From positions 64,001-128,000 of the forward strand of contig CAVYTU010000014.1 of NCBI GenBank assembly GCA_963771465.1: a stretch of DNA of 64,000 nucleotides, in the 5' to 3' direction. The notes under the pieces are model-generated. The model saw only the letters and a list, made by a program, of their open reading frames with translations, had not been told where the DNA came from and searched no databases. This stretch comes from an uncultured delta proteobacterium (lineage in GTDB: Bacteria > Desulfobacterota > Binatia > UBA9968). Position 1 is the first letter of the stretch. Each line of letters begins with the position of its first letter. The position numbers and the translations under genes were made by a program. This document shows, piece by piece, positions 21,421-30,257 of this stretch.

Positions 21421-21673
21421 CCCGGACTATTCATGCCACGAGGAAACCTGACGACACTCTGTTATCGAGGTGCGACCCCAAAGAACCAAAACGTCGGACG
21501 AGGGCAGGGGCGCGAATGTTTCATTTTGTGCTCGGCACTCGGTACGATGTTTAACCTTTTCCCTGCTGATCTCATTAGCAAGTTGTCCCGCGTGCATCTT
21601 CAAGGCACAGCTGCTTTGCCTTCGTTCCGGAGGGGTTGCACCTCGATCGTAGTTTTGCCGCGAATAATTCGCG
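21421..21673 (+). mobile_element. MITE-like repeat, copy 2
   Basis: CTAG-CCCGGACTATTC ... GAATAATTCGCG-CTAG imperfect terminal inverted repeats; shared core. Confidence 0.78.
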
Positions 21674-21683
21674 CTAGGCGGTT

Positions 21684-23372
21684 ATGACGTTGGCCCACCG
21701 CGCCGCGCTCTTGCTGAGCGGCCTTCAATGGAATCGCTGGGAGCGCCAAACACGCGATCCGGCTGCCGCGCAAAAACAGCTACTGCGAGAAATCGTTCAG
21801 CGCAATCAATCCACCGCCTTCGGCAGAGATCACGGCTTTAGCTCGATCAAAAGCGTCAAAGATTTCCGCCGCCAGGTGGCGATCGGCGATTATGAAAGTT
21901 TTCGGCCTTATATCGAGCGCGCCAAGCAAGGTGAAAAAGCAGTGCTGACCAGCGAGCCGATACTGATGTTCACCATGACCAGCGGCAGCACCGGCGAGCC
22001 GAAGTTGATCCCCGTAACCGAATCGACGCGTGCGACCCATACCAGACTGACGCGACTTTGGTACAGCCGGGCGTTCCAAGATCATCCGGGGTCGGGTGCG
22101 GGAAAAGTTTTCGGGCTGGTGGGCCGAATGGTCGAAGGGCACACCGCCGGTGGTATCCCCTACGGTGCGGCGTCGGGCCTGATTTATCAATCCAGCCCGG
22201 CTTGGATCAAACGCACGCACGCGCTGCCTTATGAAATCGCCGAGATCAAAGATTTCCAAACCAAGTATTACGCCGCGATGCGGGTCGCCATCGAACAGGA
22301 TGTCACCTTCCTGGGCACGCCCAATCCGAGCACGATACTTCGGCTCGTCGAAACTGCCGATCATTTTCGCGCGGAGATTATCAAAGACATACACGACGGC
22401 AGCTTGTCGAATCGTATTGAATTGGCGGGGGATGTTCGACTGGCGTTGGCGAAATATTTATCGCCGAACCGACAGCGTGCGCAACAATTGGAACAATCGC
22501 TGGCGGGGACCGGACGGCTTCGTCCCATCGACTACTGGCCCCATTTGCGGCTCATCGGTTGCTGGAAAGGTGGCAGCGTCGGCGTTCGTCTCAAAGAATT
22601 GGTCGCTTGGTTCGGCAACCAAGTGCCGGCACGTGACCTCGGCTACATGGCCAGTGAGGCGCAGATGTCGCTGCCGGTGAGCGACAGCGGTTCGGCTGGT
22701 ATTTTAGCGGTCGATGGGAATTTTTATGAGTTCATCCCAGAGTCGGAAATCGCCAGCGCCCATGCCATAGCGCTTGGCTGCGACGAGCTTGAATCAGGCG
22801 GCGTGTATTATCCGATCCTCACCACCGCCGCCGGTCTCTATCGCTACGACATCAACGACGTGATCCGTGTCACCGGCTTTCACGGCAAAACTCCGTTGGT
22901 GGAATTCCTCCGCAAAGGTCGCGATGTCACCAACATCACCGGCGAAAAATTGCACGTCAATCACGTGATCCAGGCGATGGAACAGGCTCAACGCGCCACG
23001 GGCGCCGTGGTGCGGCACTTTCGCGCTTTCGCGGACATGGAAAATTCCCGCTATGCCTTCATGGTTGAGTGCGACGGCGCTAAGGCCAACGACGCAACAC
23101 TCAGCCATTTACTCGCCGAACTGGACGCGTGCCTGTTCGAGATCAATGTCGAATATGCCGATAAACGAAAATCGGCGCGACTCCAAGCGCCCGTACTCTG
23201 CGTCATGAAACACGGCTGGTATGAGCGCAAGGCCGCTGTTGCGCTCCACGCTGGCGCGCGCGACGTCCAGTTCAAAGCGCAGCTGTTGAGCGTCATACCG
23301 GAAGATCCGAGCGAGATCATGGCGCTGTTACAAAATTCGAACTCTGCTGATATCTCCAAAAGACACGATTGA
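21684..23372 (+). CDS. GH3-family acyl-adenylate-forming amide synthetase
   Basis: TAFGRDHGF, TSGSTGEPKLIP, GYMASEA, FYEFIP, GLYRYDINDV, ITGEKL. Confidence 0.9.
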   Translation: MTLAHRAALLLSGLQWNRWERQTRDPAAAQKQLLREIVQRNQSTAFGRDHGFSSIKSVKDFRRQVAIGDYESFRPYIERAKQGEKAVLTSEPILMFTMTSGSTGEPKLIPVTESTRATHTRLTRLWYSRAFQDHPGSGAGKVFGLVGRMVEGHTAGGIPYGAASGLIYQSSPAWIKRTHALPYEIAEIKDFQTKYYAAMRVAIEQDVTFLGTPNPSTILRLVETADHFRAEIIKDIHDGSLSNRIELAGDVRLALAKYLSPNRQRAQQLEQSLAGTGRLRPIDYWPHLRLIGCWKGGSVGVRLKELVAWFGNQVPARDLGYMASEAQMSLPVSDSGSAGILAVDGNFYEFIPESEIASAHAIALGCDELESGGVYYPILTTAAGLYRYDINDVIRVTGFHGKTPLVEFLRKGRDVTNITGEKLHVNHVIQAMEQAQRATGAVVRHFRAFADMENSRYAFMVECDGAKANDATLSHLLAELDACLFEINVEYADKRKSARLQAPVLCVMKHGWYERKAAVALHAGARDVQFKAQLLSVIPEDPSEIMALLQNSNSADISKRHD

Positions 23373-23797
23373 ATCCGTCCATGCACGGTCCCGTCCTCGC
23401 CCTGCTGACACTCCTCTTCGCGCTCCGTGTTTTGGGTCAAGCACTCGTCGCGTTTGTCGGCGTTGCTTGGTTGCCAGTCATGGAACAATGGTTTTCCGGA
23501 CTGATTCCCTACCCAACACTTCTCATGATCCAACTCCTCATGCTCATTCTCATGGTGAAAATCACCGGCGAAATCTGGCGCGGCGTAGGCACATTCGCCA
23601 TCCGACGGCCGCACTGGTCACAGTTTTTAATAAGATTTAGCGCCGTCTACGCCGGCGCCATGGTCTTGCGCTATGTTTTGACGATGATTTTACATCCGGA
23701 GAAGCGCTGGCTCGGGGATGTCATCCCAATCATTTTTCACTTCGTGCTGGCAGGGTTCATATTCGTGCTCGGCCACTATCATCGACGCGCACGCTGA
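23369..23797 (+). CDS. Small integral membrane protein (about 4 TM), unknown function
   Basis: Hydrophobic ORF overlapping the GH3 stop by 4 nt; SGLIPYPTLL, IPIIFHFVLA. Confidence 0.7.
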   Translation: MNPSMHGPVLALLTLLFALRVLGQALVAFVGVAWLPVMEQWFSGLIPYPTLLMIQLLMLILMVKITGEIWRGVGTFAIRRPHWSQFLIRFSAVYAGAMVLRYVLTMILHPEKRWLGDVIPIIFHFVLAGFIFVLGHYHRRAR

Positions 23798-23848
23798 TTG
23801 CATGGGCATACATCGCGTGTTAGAAACTTGCTAGTTTTGGAGGATGAA

Positions 23849-24829
23849 ATGGATTTCCAGCAACTGGCGGACAAAGCACTCAACGGCATACTTCCCGAGC
23901 GGGATGAATTGAAAGCAATTCTCAACGCGCCGGACGAACAACTGCCGGAGATATTGAGCGCGGCCTTTAGAGTGCGCCATCACTATTACGGCAAGCGCGT
24001 GCAAATTCATGTCTTGCAGAATGCCAAGAGCGGCTTGTGTCCGGAGGACTGCCACTATTGCTCGCAATCCTCGGTCTCCGAAGCGCCCGTCGAGAAATAT
24101 CCTTTCATGTCCAAAGAGAAATTGGTGGAAAACGCCAGACAGGCCAAAGCCGCCGGCGCCGTGCGCTTTTGCATCGTCAACAGCGGCCGCGGCCCGACCC
24201 ATAAAGAAATCGACGAGATCGCCGACGCCGTGCGCGAGATCAGATCACAAACCGGGATGAATGTTTGCTGCTCGCTCGGCTTGATGAACGAAGACAAGAC
24301 GCAGAAACTAGCGGCCGCCGGCGTCGGCAGGGTCAATCACAATTTGAACACCAGCCGGGAGCGCCACGCCGAGATCGTCACCACTCACACCTACGACGAC
24401 CGCTTGGCGACGATTGAAAGCGTCAAGAGCGCCGGAATCGGCACTTGTTCTGGTGGGATTATCGGCATGGGCGAGAGCGACGACGACATTATCAACCTGG
24501 CGATGACGTTGCGCGCCATGGATATCGACTCGATCCCAGTGAATTTTCTGAACTCGATCCCCAAGACGCCGTTCGAACAAAAGCGCGAACTCACCCCGCA
24601 GCGCTGTTTGAAAACCCTCTGCCTGTTTCGTTTCGTCAATCCAGGCAAAGAAATCCGCGTCGCCGGCGGCCGTGAAGTCAATCTGCGATCGCTGCAGCCG
24701 CTGAGCCTATATCCGGCGAACTCAATGTTCGTCAACGGATATCTCACGACGCCCGGCCAAGACGCTAGCGACGCCCATCAAATGATCCGCGACTTGGGCT
24801 TCGAGCTCGATCAGCCGGCGGCGATCTAG
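23849..24829 (+). CDS. bioB: Biotin synthase
   Basis: CPEDCHYCSQS radical-SAM motif, NHNLNT, CSGGIIGMGE, SIPVNFL, YLTT; GGAGG RBS. Confidence 0.95.
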   Translation: MDFQQLADKALNGILPERDELKAILNAPDEQLPEILSAAFRVRHHYYGKRVQIHVLQNAKSGLCPEDCHYCSQSSVSEAPVEKYPFMSKEKLVENARQAKAAGAVRFCIVNSGRGPTHKEIDEIADAVREIRSQTGMNVCCSLGLMNEDKTQKLAAAGVGRVNHNLNTSRERHAEIVTTHTYDDRLATIESVKSAGIGTCSGGIIGMGESDDDIINLAMTLRAMDIDSIPVNFLNSIPKTPFEQKRELTPQRCLKTLCLFRFVNPGKEIRVAGGREVNLRSLQPLSLYPANSMFVNGYLTTPGQDASDAHQMIRDLGFELDQPAAI

Positions 24830-24887
24830 GCACAGGTGTGACCGAGAATTAAAAGCGCCCTTTAAACGCAACTCCAAGGAGACTACC

Positions 24888-25397
24888 GTGCGATATGTTA
24901 TCTTTCTCGTCACACTTCTAACAACCGTCAGCGCTGCATCGGCGGCATCGTTCGATGCGCCGAAGCGGAAATCCGGTTTGTGGGAAATCAAAATGTCGAA
25001 TGCCGCTGCCCAGGGCACAACCATGCAGCAGTGCATCGACCAAAGCACCGACGACTTGATGAAGAATAATATGGCGGGAATGGAGAAGCCATCTTGCTCG
25101 AAAAACGAGATGCGCCGCGATGGCGGCAAGATCGTCTCCGAATCCGTCTGTAAGGTCGGCGCCAGCACTGCTACGACCCGCGCGGTTTTTACCGGCCAAT
25201 TCGACACGGCATACAAGGCGGATATCAAGAGCACGTATGAACCGCCGCTTCACGGCATGAAAGAGTCGACATCCGTACTTGACGCGAAATGGCTAGGAGC
25301 GTGTAAGCCGGGACAAAAAGCCGGCGACATTTCGATGCCCGGCATGCCGAATATGAACATGAACGACATGATGAAGAAGCTGCCGAAGCAGCCCTGA
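24888..25397 (+). CDS. Exported DUF3617-like protein
   Basis: Signal peptide; RKSGLWEI...QQCID...AKWLGAC. Confidence 0.75.
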   Translation: MRYVIFLVTLLTTVSAASAASFDAPKRKSGLWEIKMSNAAAQGTTMQQCIDQSTDDLMKNNMAGMEKPSCSKNEMRRDGGKIVSESVCKVGASTATTRAVFTGQFDTAYKADIKSTYEPPLHGMKESTSVLDAKWLGACKPGQKAGDISMPGMPNMNMNDMMKKLPKQP

Positions 25398-25642
25398 AGT
25401 TGTCGCGCTAACGTTGGATGGGTCAAGCAAGACGTACTCATCGAATCCTCCTTTGCTCGGATCGCCACGAGGACGTAATCATGGTGCGGGCCGCGCTCTC
25501 AGTTGCAAACTCGCTGCGAAATGCCTAATCTCCTGTCGGATCGCGCCGACATAAATCTGCAGAGTTTTCGAGGGAAAAACTATCTAGTAAGCAATAATAT
25601 AGTTTGGGAGAACCTAAACCTTCATTAACGGAGGAGAACCTT

Positions 25643-26905
25643 ATGATCTCACGAACTTCGTCCCAGATTCGCTTGCTGTTAGCCGGATTAGTTACTTCGC
25701 TAGGATTAACGTTACCACCCATTATTCAATCACAAGAAAAGCCGCCGCCCAACGTCCAGCCCACGCCAACGACAGTTCCTGGTCGCCCCGATATTCCCAA
25801 CGCTGAAATAGCCAAGACGCTGCGCGGCGTGCCGTCACCGCCATTGCCGACACCAGCGGAGAAACTACAGATCGGCCAGCTGAAAATGGCCAAGGGTTTC
25901 AAGCTCGAAGTTTATGCCAGCGGCATCGCCAACGCGCGCTCGCTGCGCATCGGCGACAAAGGCACCGTCTTCGTCAGCAACCGCCAACTCGATAAGGTCT
26001 ACGCGATCGCCGAGCGCAACGGCAAGCGCGAGACCAAAGTGATCGCGTCCGGCTTGGACCGGCCCAACGGGCTCGCCTTTCATAGCGGCACGCTGTACAT
26101 CGGCGAAGGCACCAAAATTTCCAAGCTGGAAAAGATCGAAGATAGTCTCGACAACCCGGGCAAACCCACCGTCATTTACAGCGAACTACCGAATCAACAA
26201 TCGCACGGGTGGAGGTATATCGCCATCGGACCGGACAACAAGCTCTACATAAACGTCGGCGCGCCGTGCAACATCTGCGAACCGCCGGAGACCAACGCAC
26301 AGATTCGCCGCATCAATCTTGATGGCAGCGGCGCGGAAGTGTTTGCTCGCGGCGTGCGCAATTCGGTGGGCTTCGACTGGCATCCGATCACCAAGGATTT
26401 CTATTTCACGGATAATGGCCGTGACTGGCTGTCGGAAGACCTGCCGGAGGATGAGCTCAACCGTGTCACCAAGGTTGGCCAGCATTTTGGATTTCCCTAT
26501 TGTCACCAGGGCAACTTCACGGACCGCGACGTTGGCTGGGGCCGCTCCTGCACCGAGTTCACGCCGCCGGTCGCCTTGATCGGCCCCCACAGCGCCGCGC
26601 TCGGCATGCGCTTCTACACCGGCAACATGTTTCCACGCGAATACCGTAACGCCATCTTGATCGCCCGTCACGGCTCGTGGAATCGCACCCAAAAAATCGG
26701 CGGCGACATCATCGTGGCCAAATTGAATGTAAACGGCACGGTAAAATCGGTTGAGCCGTTCATCACCGGCTTTTTGCACAACAACGAATACTGGGGCCGG
26801 CCGGTCGACGTCCATGTCATGAAAGATGGCTCTATGTTGATCTCGGACGACTATGCCGGCGCGGTTTACCGCGTCACCTACAACCCGCAGGTCGCCAGCC
26901 GTTAA
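25643..26905 (+). CDS. Glucose/sorbosone dehydrogenase family beta-propeller protein
   Basis: GAPCNIC, GVRNSVGFDW, TDNGRD, HGSWNR, GRPVDV, ISDD. Confidence 0.9.
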   Translation: MISRTSSQIRLLLAGLVTSLGLTLPPIIQSQEKPPPNVQPTPTTVPGRPDIPNAEIAKTLRGVPSPPLPTPAEKLQIGQLKMAKGFKLEVYASGIANARSLRIGDKGTVFVSNRQLDKVYAIAERNGKRETKVIASGLDRPNGLAFHSGTLYIGEGTKISKLEKIEDSLDNPGKPTVIYSELPNQQSHGWRYIAIGPDNKLYINVGAPCNICEPPETNAQIRRINLDGSGAEVFARGVRNSVGFDWHPITKDFYFTDNGRDWLSEDLPEDELNRVTKVGQHFGFPYCHQGNFTDRDVGWGRSCTEFTPPVALIGPHSAALGMRFYTGNMFPREYRNAILIARHGSWNRTQKIGGDIIVAKLNVNGTVKSVEPFITGFLHNNEYWGRPVDVHVMKDGSMLISDDYAGAVYRVTYNPQVASR

Positions 26906-26919
26906 GCGATCAGCATCTC

Positions 26920-26952
26920 CGCCGCGGGCAACTCAGCCCGCGGCGCTTTTTC
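26920..26952 (+). terminator. Intrinsic terminator
   Basis: CGCCGCGGGC-aactca-GCCCGCGGCG followed by CTTTTT. Confidence 0.7.
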
Positions 26953-27138
26953 CCTTCTCGTCTCAATTGAAGATCAAACTCGGTCGCCGTTACTCACTCG
27001 CGCTGGCGTTAACAGCGCTCTCAATATCGTTTCGCTGCGATGGGCGGACGTGATGCATCCTCTGACCGATGCGAATCTCCAGGATCTTGCACACCATCTC
27101 GCCCGGCTGTAATACGAACGCCATTCGTGGCGCCAGCT

Positions 27139-28017
27139 TCACTTCCACCAACTGATCAGAATCACGCCGCCGACGATCAGCGCCGCGCTGACGACGATCC
27201 TCAGCGTCACGCGCTCGACGCCGCGCAAGAATATCGCTGTCAAAATGAGCGAGAATAAAGGACCCGTGCTGCTGATCGGAATGACGACCGAGACCTTGCC
27301 GAGATCGAGCGCGTAGTAGATGCAAGTCATGGCTAAACTGACGGTCACGCCGGCGGCGAGAAACCACCAGAAACACTGCCGGTTCATCTTCCAGCTTTCT
27401 TGAGTTTTCTCGACGTACCAGAGCGTCAGCACGGACACGACTAACGACGAACTCGCGGTGACGGCGGCGGCGAGCAAGGGATGGGGCACGGCGGCAAGGC
27501 CGAACTTGCGCACCACCTGAGAAGTCCCGGCCAATGCCGACGCGGCGATCGGATACCAGAGGTAAATCGCCGAGCCGGCGAGTTGCATCGAATCACGGCG
27601 CCATGACAGAAGAATAATTCCGGCGATAATCATCAAAGTCGCGGCGAGGATCGGCAGGGTGAGGTCTTCGCCGAGAAAAATAATCGCCATGAGGGCGCTA
27701 AAGAGCGGCGTGCTGGCGCGAATCGGATCGGTGATCGCTACGCCGAGCGTGTCGATGCCTTTGTAAGTCAGCAAGCGCGTCAATCCCGGTTGGAAAAAGC
27801 CCACGCCGACGAAGATCAAAATCGAAGCCGCGGTAACGTTCGCCATCGGCACAAGCAAGAGCGCCATGGCCCAAAGAAACACGATGTTGATCAACAGGCT
27901 GCTGATCACACCGGTCGCCGGATTCGAATAGCGCAGCGCTTTTTTAGTGAAGAGATTGTGCAGCGCAAACAGAAACGCGTTAGCAAGAGCGTAAAACTCA
28001 GCGGGGATATCGGTCAT
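27139..28017 (-). CDS. DMT/EamA family transporter
   Basis: Two EamA repeats, about 10 TMs, FLGE and FLRGVE motifs. Confidence 0.88.
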   Translation of the reverse strand: MTDIPAEFYALANAFLFALHNLFTKKALRYSNPATGVISSLLINIVFLWAMALLLVPMANVTAASILIFVGVGFFQPGLTRLLTYKGIDTLGVAITDPIRASTPLFSALMAIIFLGEDLTLPILAATLMIIAGIILLSWRRDSMQLAGSAIYLWYPIAASALAGTSQVVRKFGLAAVPHPLLAAAVTASSSLVVSVLTLWYVEKTQESWKMNRQCFWWFLAAGVTVSLAMTCIYYALDLGKVSVVIPISSTGPLFSLILTAIFLRGVERVTLRIVVSAALIVGGVILISWWK

Positions 28018-28146
28018 GCGTTGGAGCGAAGCCGGGGGGTCGTGACTTGCCAGTGAACTCAATTGCAGACCGAGCTATACAAGCTCGACTAGGAAAGCGC
28101 AACTAAAAGGCTGGCCGGCAAGAGCGAGACGGGTGCGGCTTTTGAA

Positions 28147-30000
28147 TCAATTTTTGACGCTAGCCAGAATAACCTCAGCCGCCTTTTCGCCGATCATATA
28201 GACTGCGCTGACGATGAAGAAACCGGGGATGCGCGGGAACACCGAGGCATCGACGACACGCAGTCCGTGGACACCGTGGACACGAAAGTCGCTGTCGAGC
28301 ACACCACCTTGTTCCCTCGGCCCGATGGGACAGCTGCACGAGGCGTGATGGCCCCAGGCGTTGTCGCGCACGAATTCTCTCAGTTCATCGTCTGTTTGGC
28401 ATCGCTCGCCGGGCAATTCCTCGGCAGCGATCAAGCCTTTTCCCCTTAAATCTTTAGTCATCGCCCGGACAAAGCGAATCCCCTCGACCACGGCGTCCAA
28501 GTCTTTACCGTCGCGATCGCTCCCTTCGTCGAAATAACGGAAGTCGATCTTCGGTGGTTGGCGTGGATCGGCCGATTGTAAAGTTACCGTGCCGGCACGA
28601 TTGAGCGTGCGTGCCTTGAGGATAATCCAGCTCAAGTAGTTTTGCCGTTCGGCGATCAACTTCGAATAGCCTGGGAAATACCCGCGAAAGTTTCCCACCA
28701 GACCGGCGCAAAACAGATCGGGAATTTTATCGTACTTAGATTGCATGACAATCGCGAGCACGCTGCCGTTGGCCGTGTAGACGCCTTTTTTTTGCGTCTG
28801 CCATTCACGAAACTGAGAGTCTCCGTTGGTGAATTTGGCGCCGGCTAACATTTGCCAATCGTCTTTCATTCGATTGACGACGCTGACTTCGTAGCGGTCT
28901 TGGAGATTTTTGCCAACTCCCGCAAGGTCCATTTTGGTTTCGATGCCGTGGCGGGCCAATTCCTGCCGCGGACCGATACCGGAAAGCATCAACAACTGTG
29001 GCGTATTGAATGCGCCGCCGCAAAGTATGACTTCTCTAATCGCCTTAGCCTGCCGTCTTTCGCCGGCAGCGTTGCTGGGATTGGTATGCGCCCGGTACAA
29101 TCGCTCGCCCTTGAGATACTCCACGCCGCTCGCACGATGGTCGCGGTCGAGAAGAACCCGAGTCACCAGTGCGTCACATTCGATGTGTAACTTGTCAGGA
29201 AATTTCTCGGCGACGCTCAGCACTCTTTCGCGGCTACCGATGCGGACATGGCCGTGCGTCGTCAGCGGCACCAAGCGCAGCCCGGCTGCACTGGCTTTCA
29301 CCTGCCGCCAGTCGTTGGGATCACCGCGGGTTTTGAAGAAACCGCGCAGCCGTTCGAGACGAGCGCCGATTTGCGAAGAGGCGTCCACGGCCAACTGTTC
29401 CAAGACTTTTCGCAAGCGGCGATTGCCGAGCGATTCCATCGGCATCGCCAACTCGGTGGTCAACCAACCGTCAAAGCCATGGCGCGCCGGGTTAAAACCG
29501 GTGAGCTTGGAGATCCAGCGTTTGAGCGGACGGTGCTGGCAGTTCTCGATCCGTTCGAAGTAGCGGCGCATATTGTCCGCGCGCCACGTCGAGTCGCCGG
29601 TCGACGCGGCGATGTCGTCCCAATCCGCGTTATGCGGATAAATGAGAATCATCGCGTTGTGCGCCGTGCAACCGCCGAGTGTGCCAGCGCGCGGGTAGAG
29701 CACGCCGCGTTGTGCCGCGCTATATTTGCCATCTTTCTTTTGGCGCTCTTCGTCGGCGTAGTGATTGACGAAGTAATCCCAACGCAGCGCCGGATTTTCC
29801 GACGCGAAGGCGTGGAAGGCCGGTACTTGGTAGTCTTGCGGCAGTCTCGAATCGGTTAGCTGAAACGGATCGCCGCCGGCTTCGAGCAGCAACACCGTGC
29901 GGCCCGCTTCAGCTAACCGCGCCGCCAGCGTACCGCCGCCCGCTCCCGAACCGACAACGATAAATTCGTATTCACCAGAGGGAGCGGTAGCTTCAGACAT
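28147..30000 (-). CDS. GMC family FAD oxidoreductase
   Basis: IVVGSGAGGG, YPRAGTLGGCTAHNAMI, GAFNTPQLLMLSGIG, WGHHASC, LRVVDASVFP. Confidence 0.93.
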   Translation of the reverse strand: MSEATAPSGEYEFIVVGSGAGGGTLAARLAEAGRTVLLLEAGGDPFQLTDSRLPQDYQVPAFHAFASENPALRWDYFVNHYADEERQKKDGKYSAAQRGVLYPRAGTLGGCTAHNAMILIYPHNADWDDIAASTGDSTWRADNMRRYFERIENCQHRPLKRWISKLTGFNPARHGFDGWLTTELAMPMESLGNRRLRKVLEQLAVDASSQIGARLERLRGFFKTRGDPNDWRQVKASAAGLRLVPLTTHGHVRIGSRERVLSVAEKFPDKLHIECDALVTRVLLDRDHRASGVEYLKGERLYRAHTNPSNAAGERRQAKAIREVILCGGAFNTPQLLMLSGIGPRQELARHGIETKMDLAGVGKNLQDRYEVSVVNRMKDDWQMLAGAKFTNGDSQFREWQTQKKGVYTANGSVLAIVMQSKYDKIPDLFCAGLVGNFRGYFPGYSKLIAERQNYLSWIILKARTLNRAGTVTLQSADPRQPPKIDFRYFDEGSDRDGKDLDAVVEGIRFVRAMTKDLRGKGLIAAEELPGERCQTDDELREFVRDNAWGHHASCSCPIGPREQGGVLDSDFRVHGVHGLRVVDASVFPRIPGFFIVSAVYMIGEKAAEVILASVKN

Positions 30001-30016
30001 TGGAACGATTTTCTCT

Positions 30017-30257
30017 GCCGGATGCATTCAGGCTACGGGGAAACCTGACGACACGGGTTGATCGAGGTGTGACCCTGGAGGAACGAAGGCACCGGCGCGA
30101 ATGTTTCATTTTGAGCTCAGCGCTGGGCACGATCTTTGACCCTTTCGCCGCTGATCCATTCGCAAGTCGCCCGCATGCAATCTTCAAGGCACAACTGCTT
30201 TGCCTTCGTTCCGGAAGGGTTGCACCTCGATCAACGTTTTACCGCGCATAATCCGGG
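30017..30257 (+). mobile_element. MITE-like repeat, copy 3
   Basis: Same core as copies 1 and 2; right end ATAATCCGGG-CTAG overlaps the stop of the 817-aa gene; left end degenerate. Confidence 0.75.

Noticed and set aside
19295-21687. Short ORFs 19316-19504, 19295-19513, 21433-21687 and 21470-21652 (and 30000-30251) as a peptide family
   Set aside because: They are translations of the repeat; frame and start are not conserved between copies
19289-30257. Dispersed 210-250 bp repeats as a CRISPR array or riboswitch
   Set aside because: No repeat-spacer periodicity or cas genes; orientation is independent of the downstream gene; terminal repeats and CTAR flanks fit a MITE better
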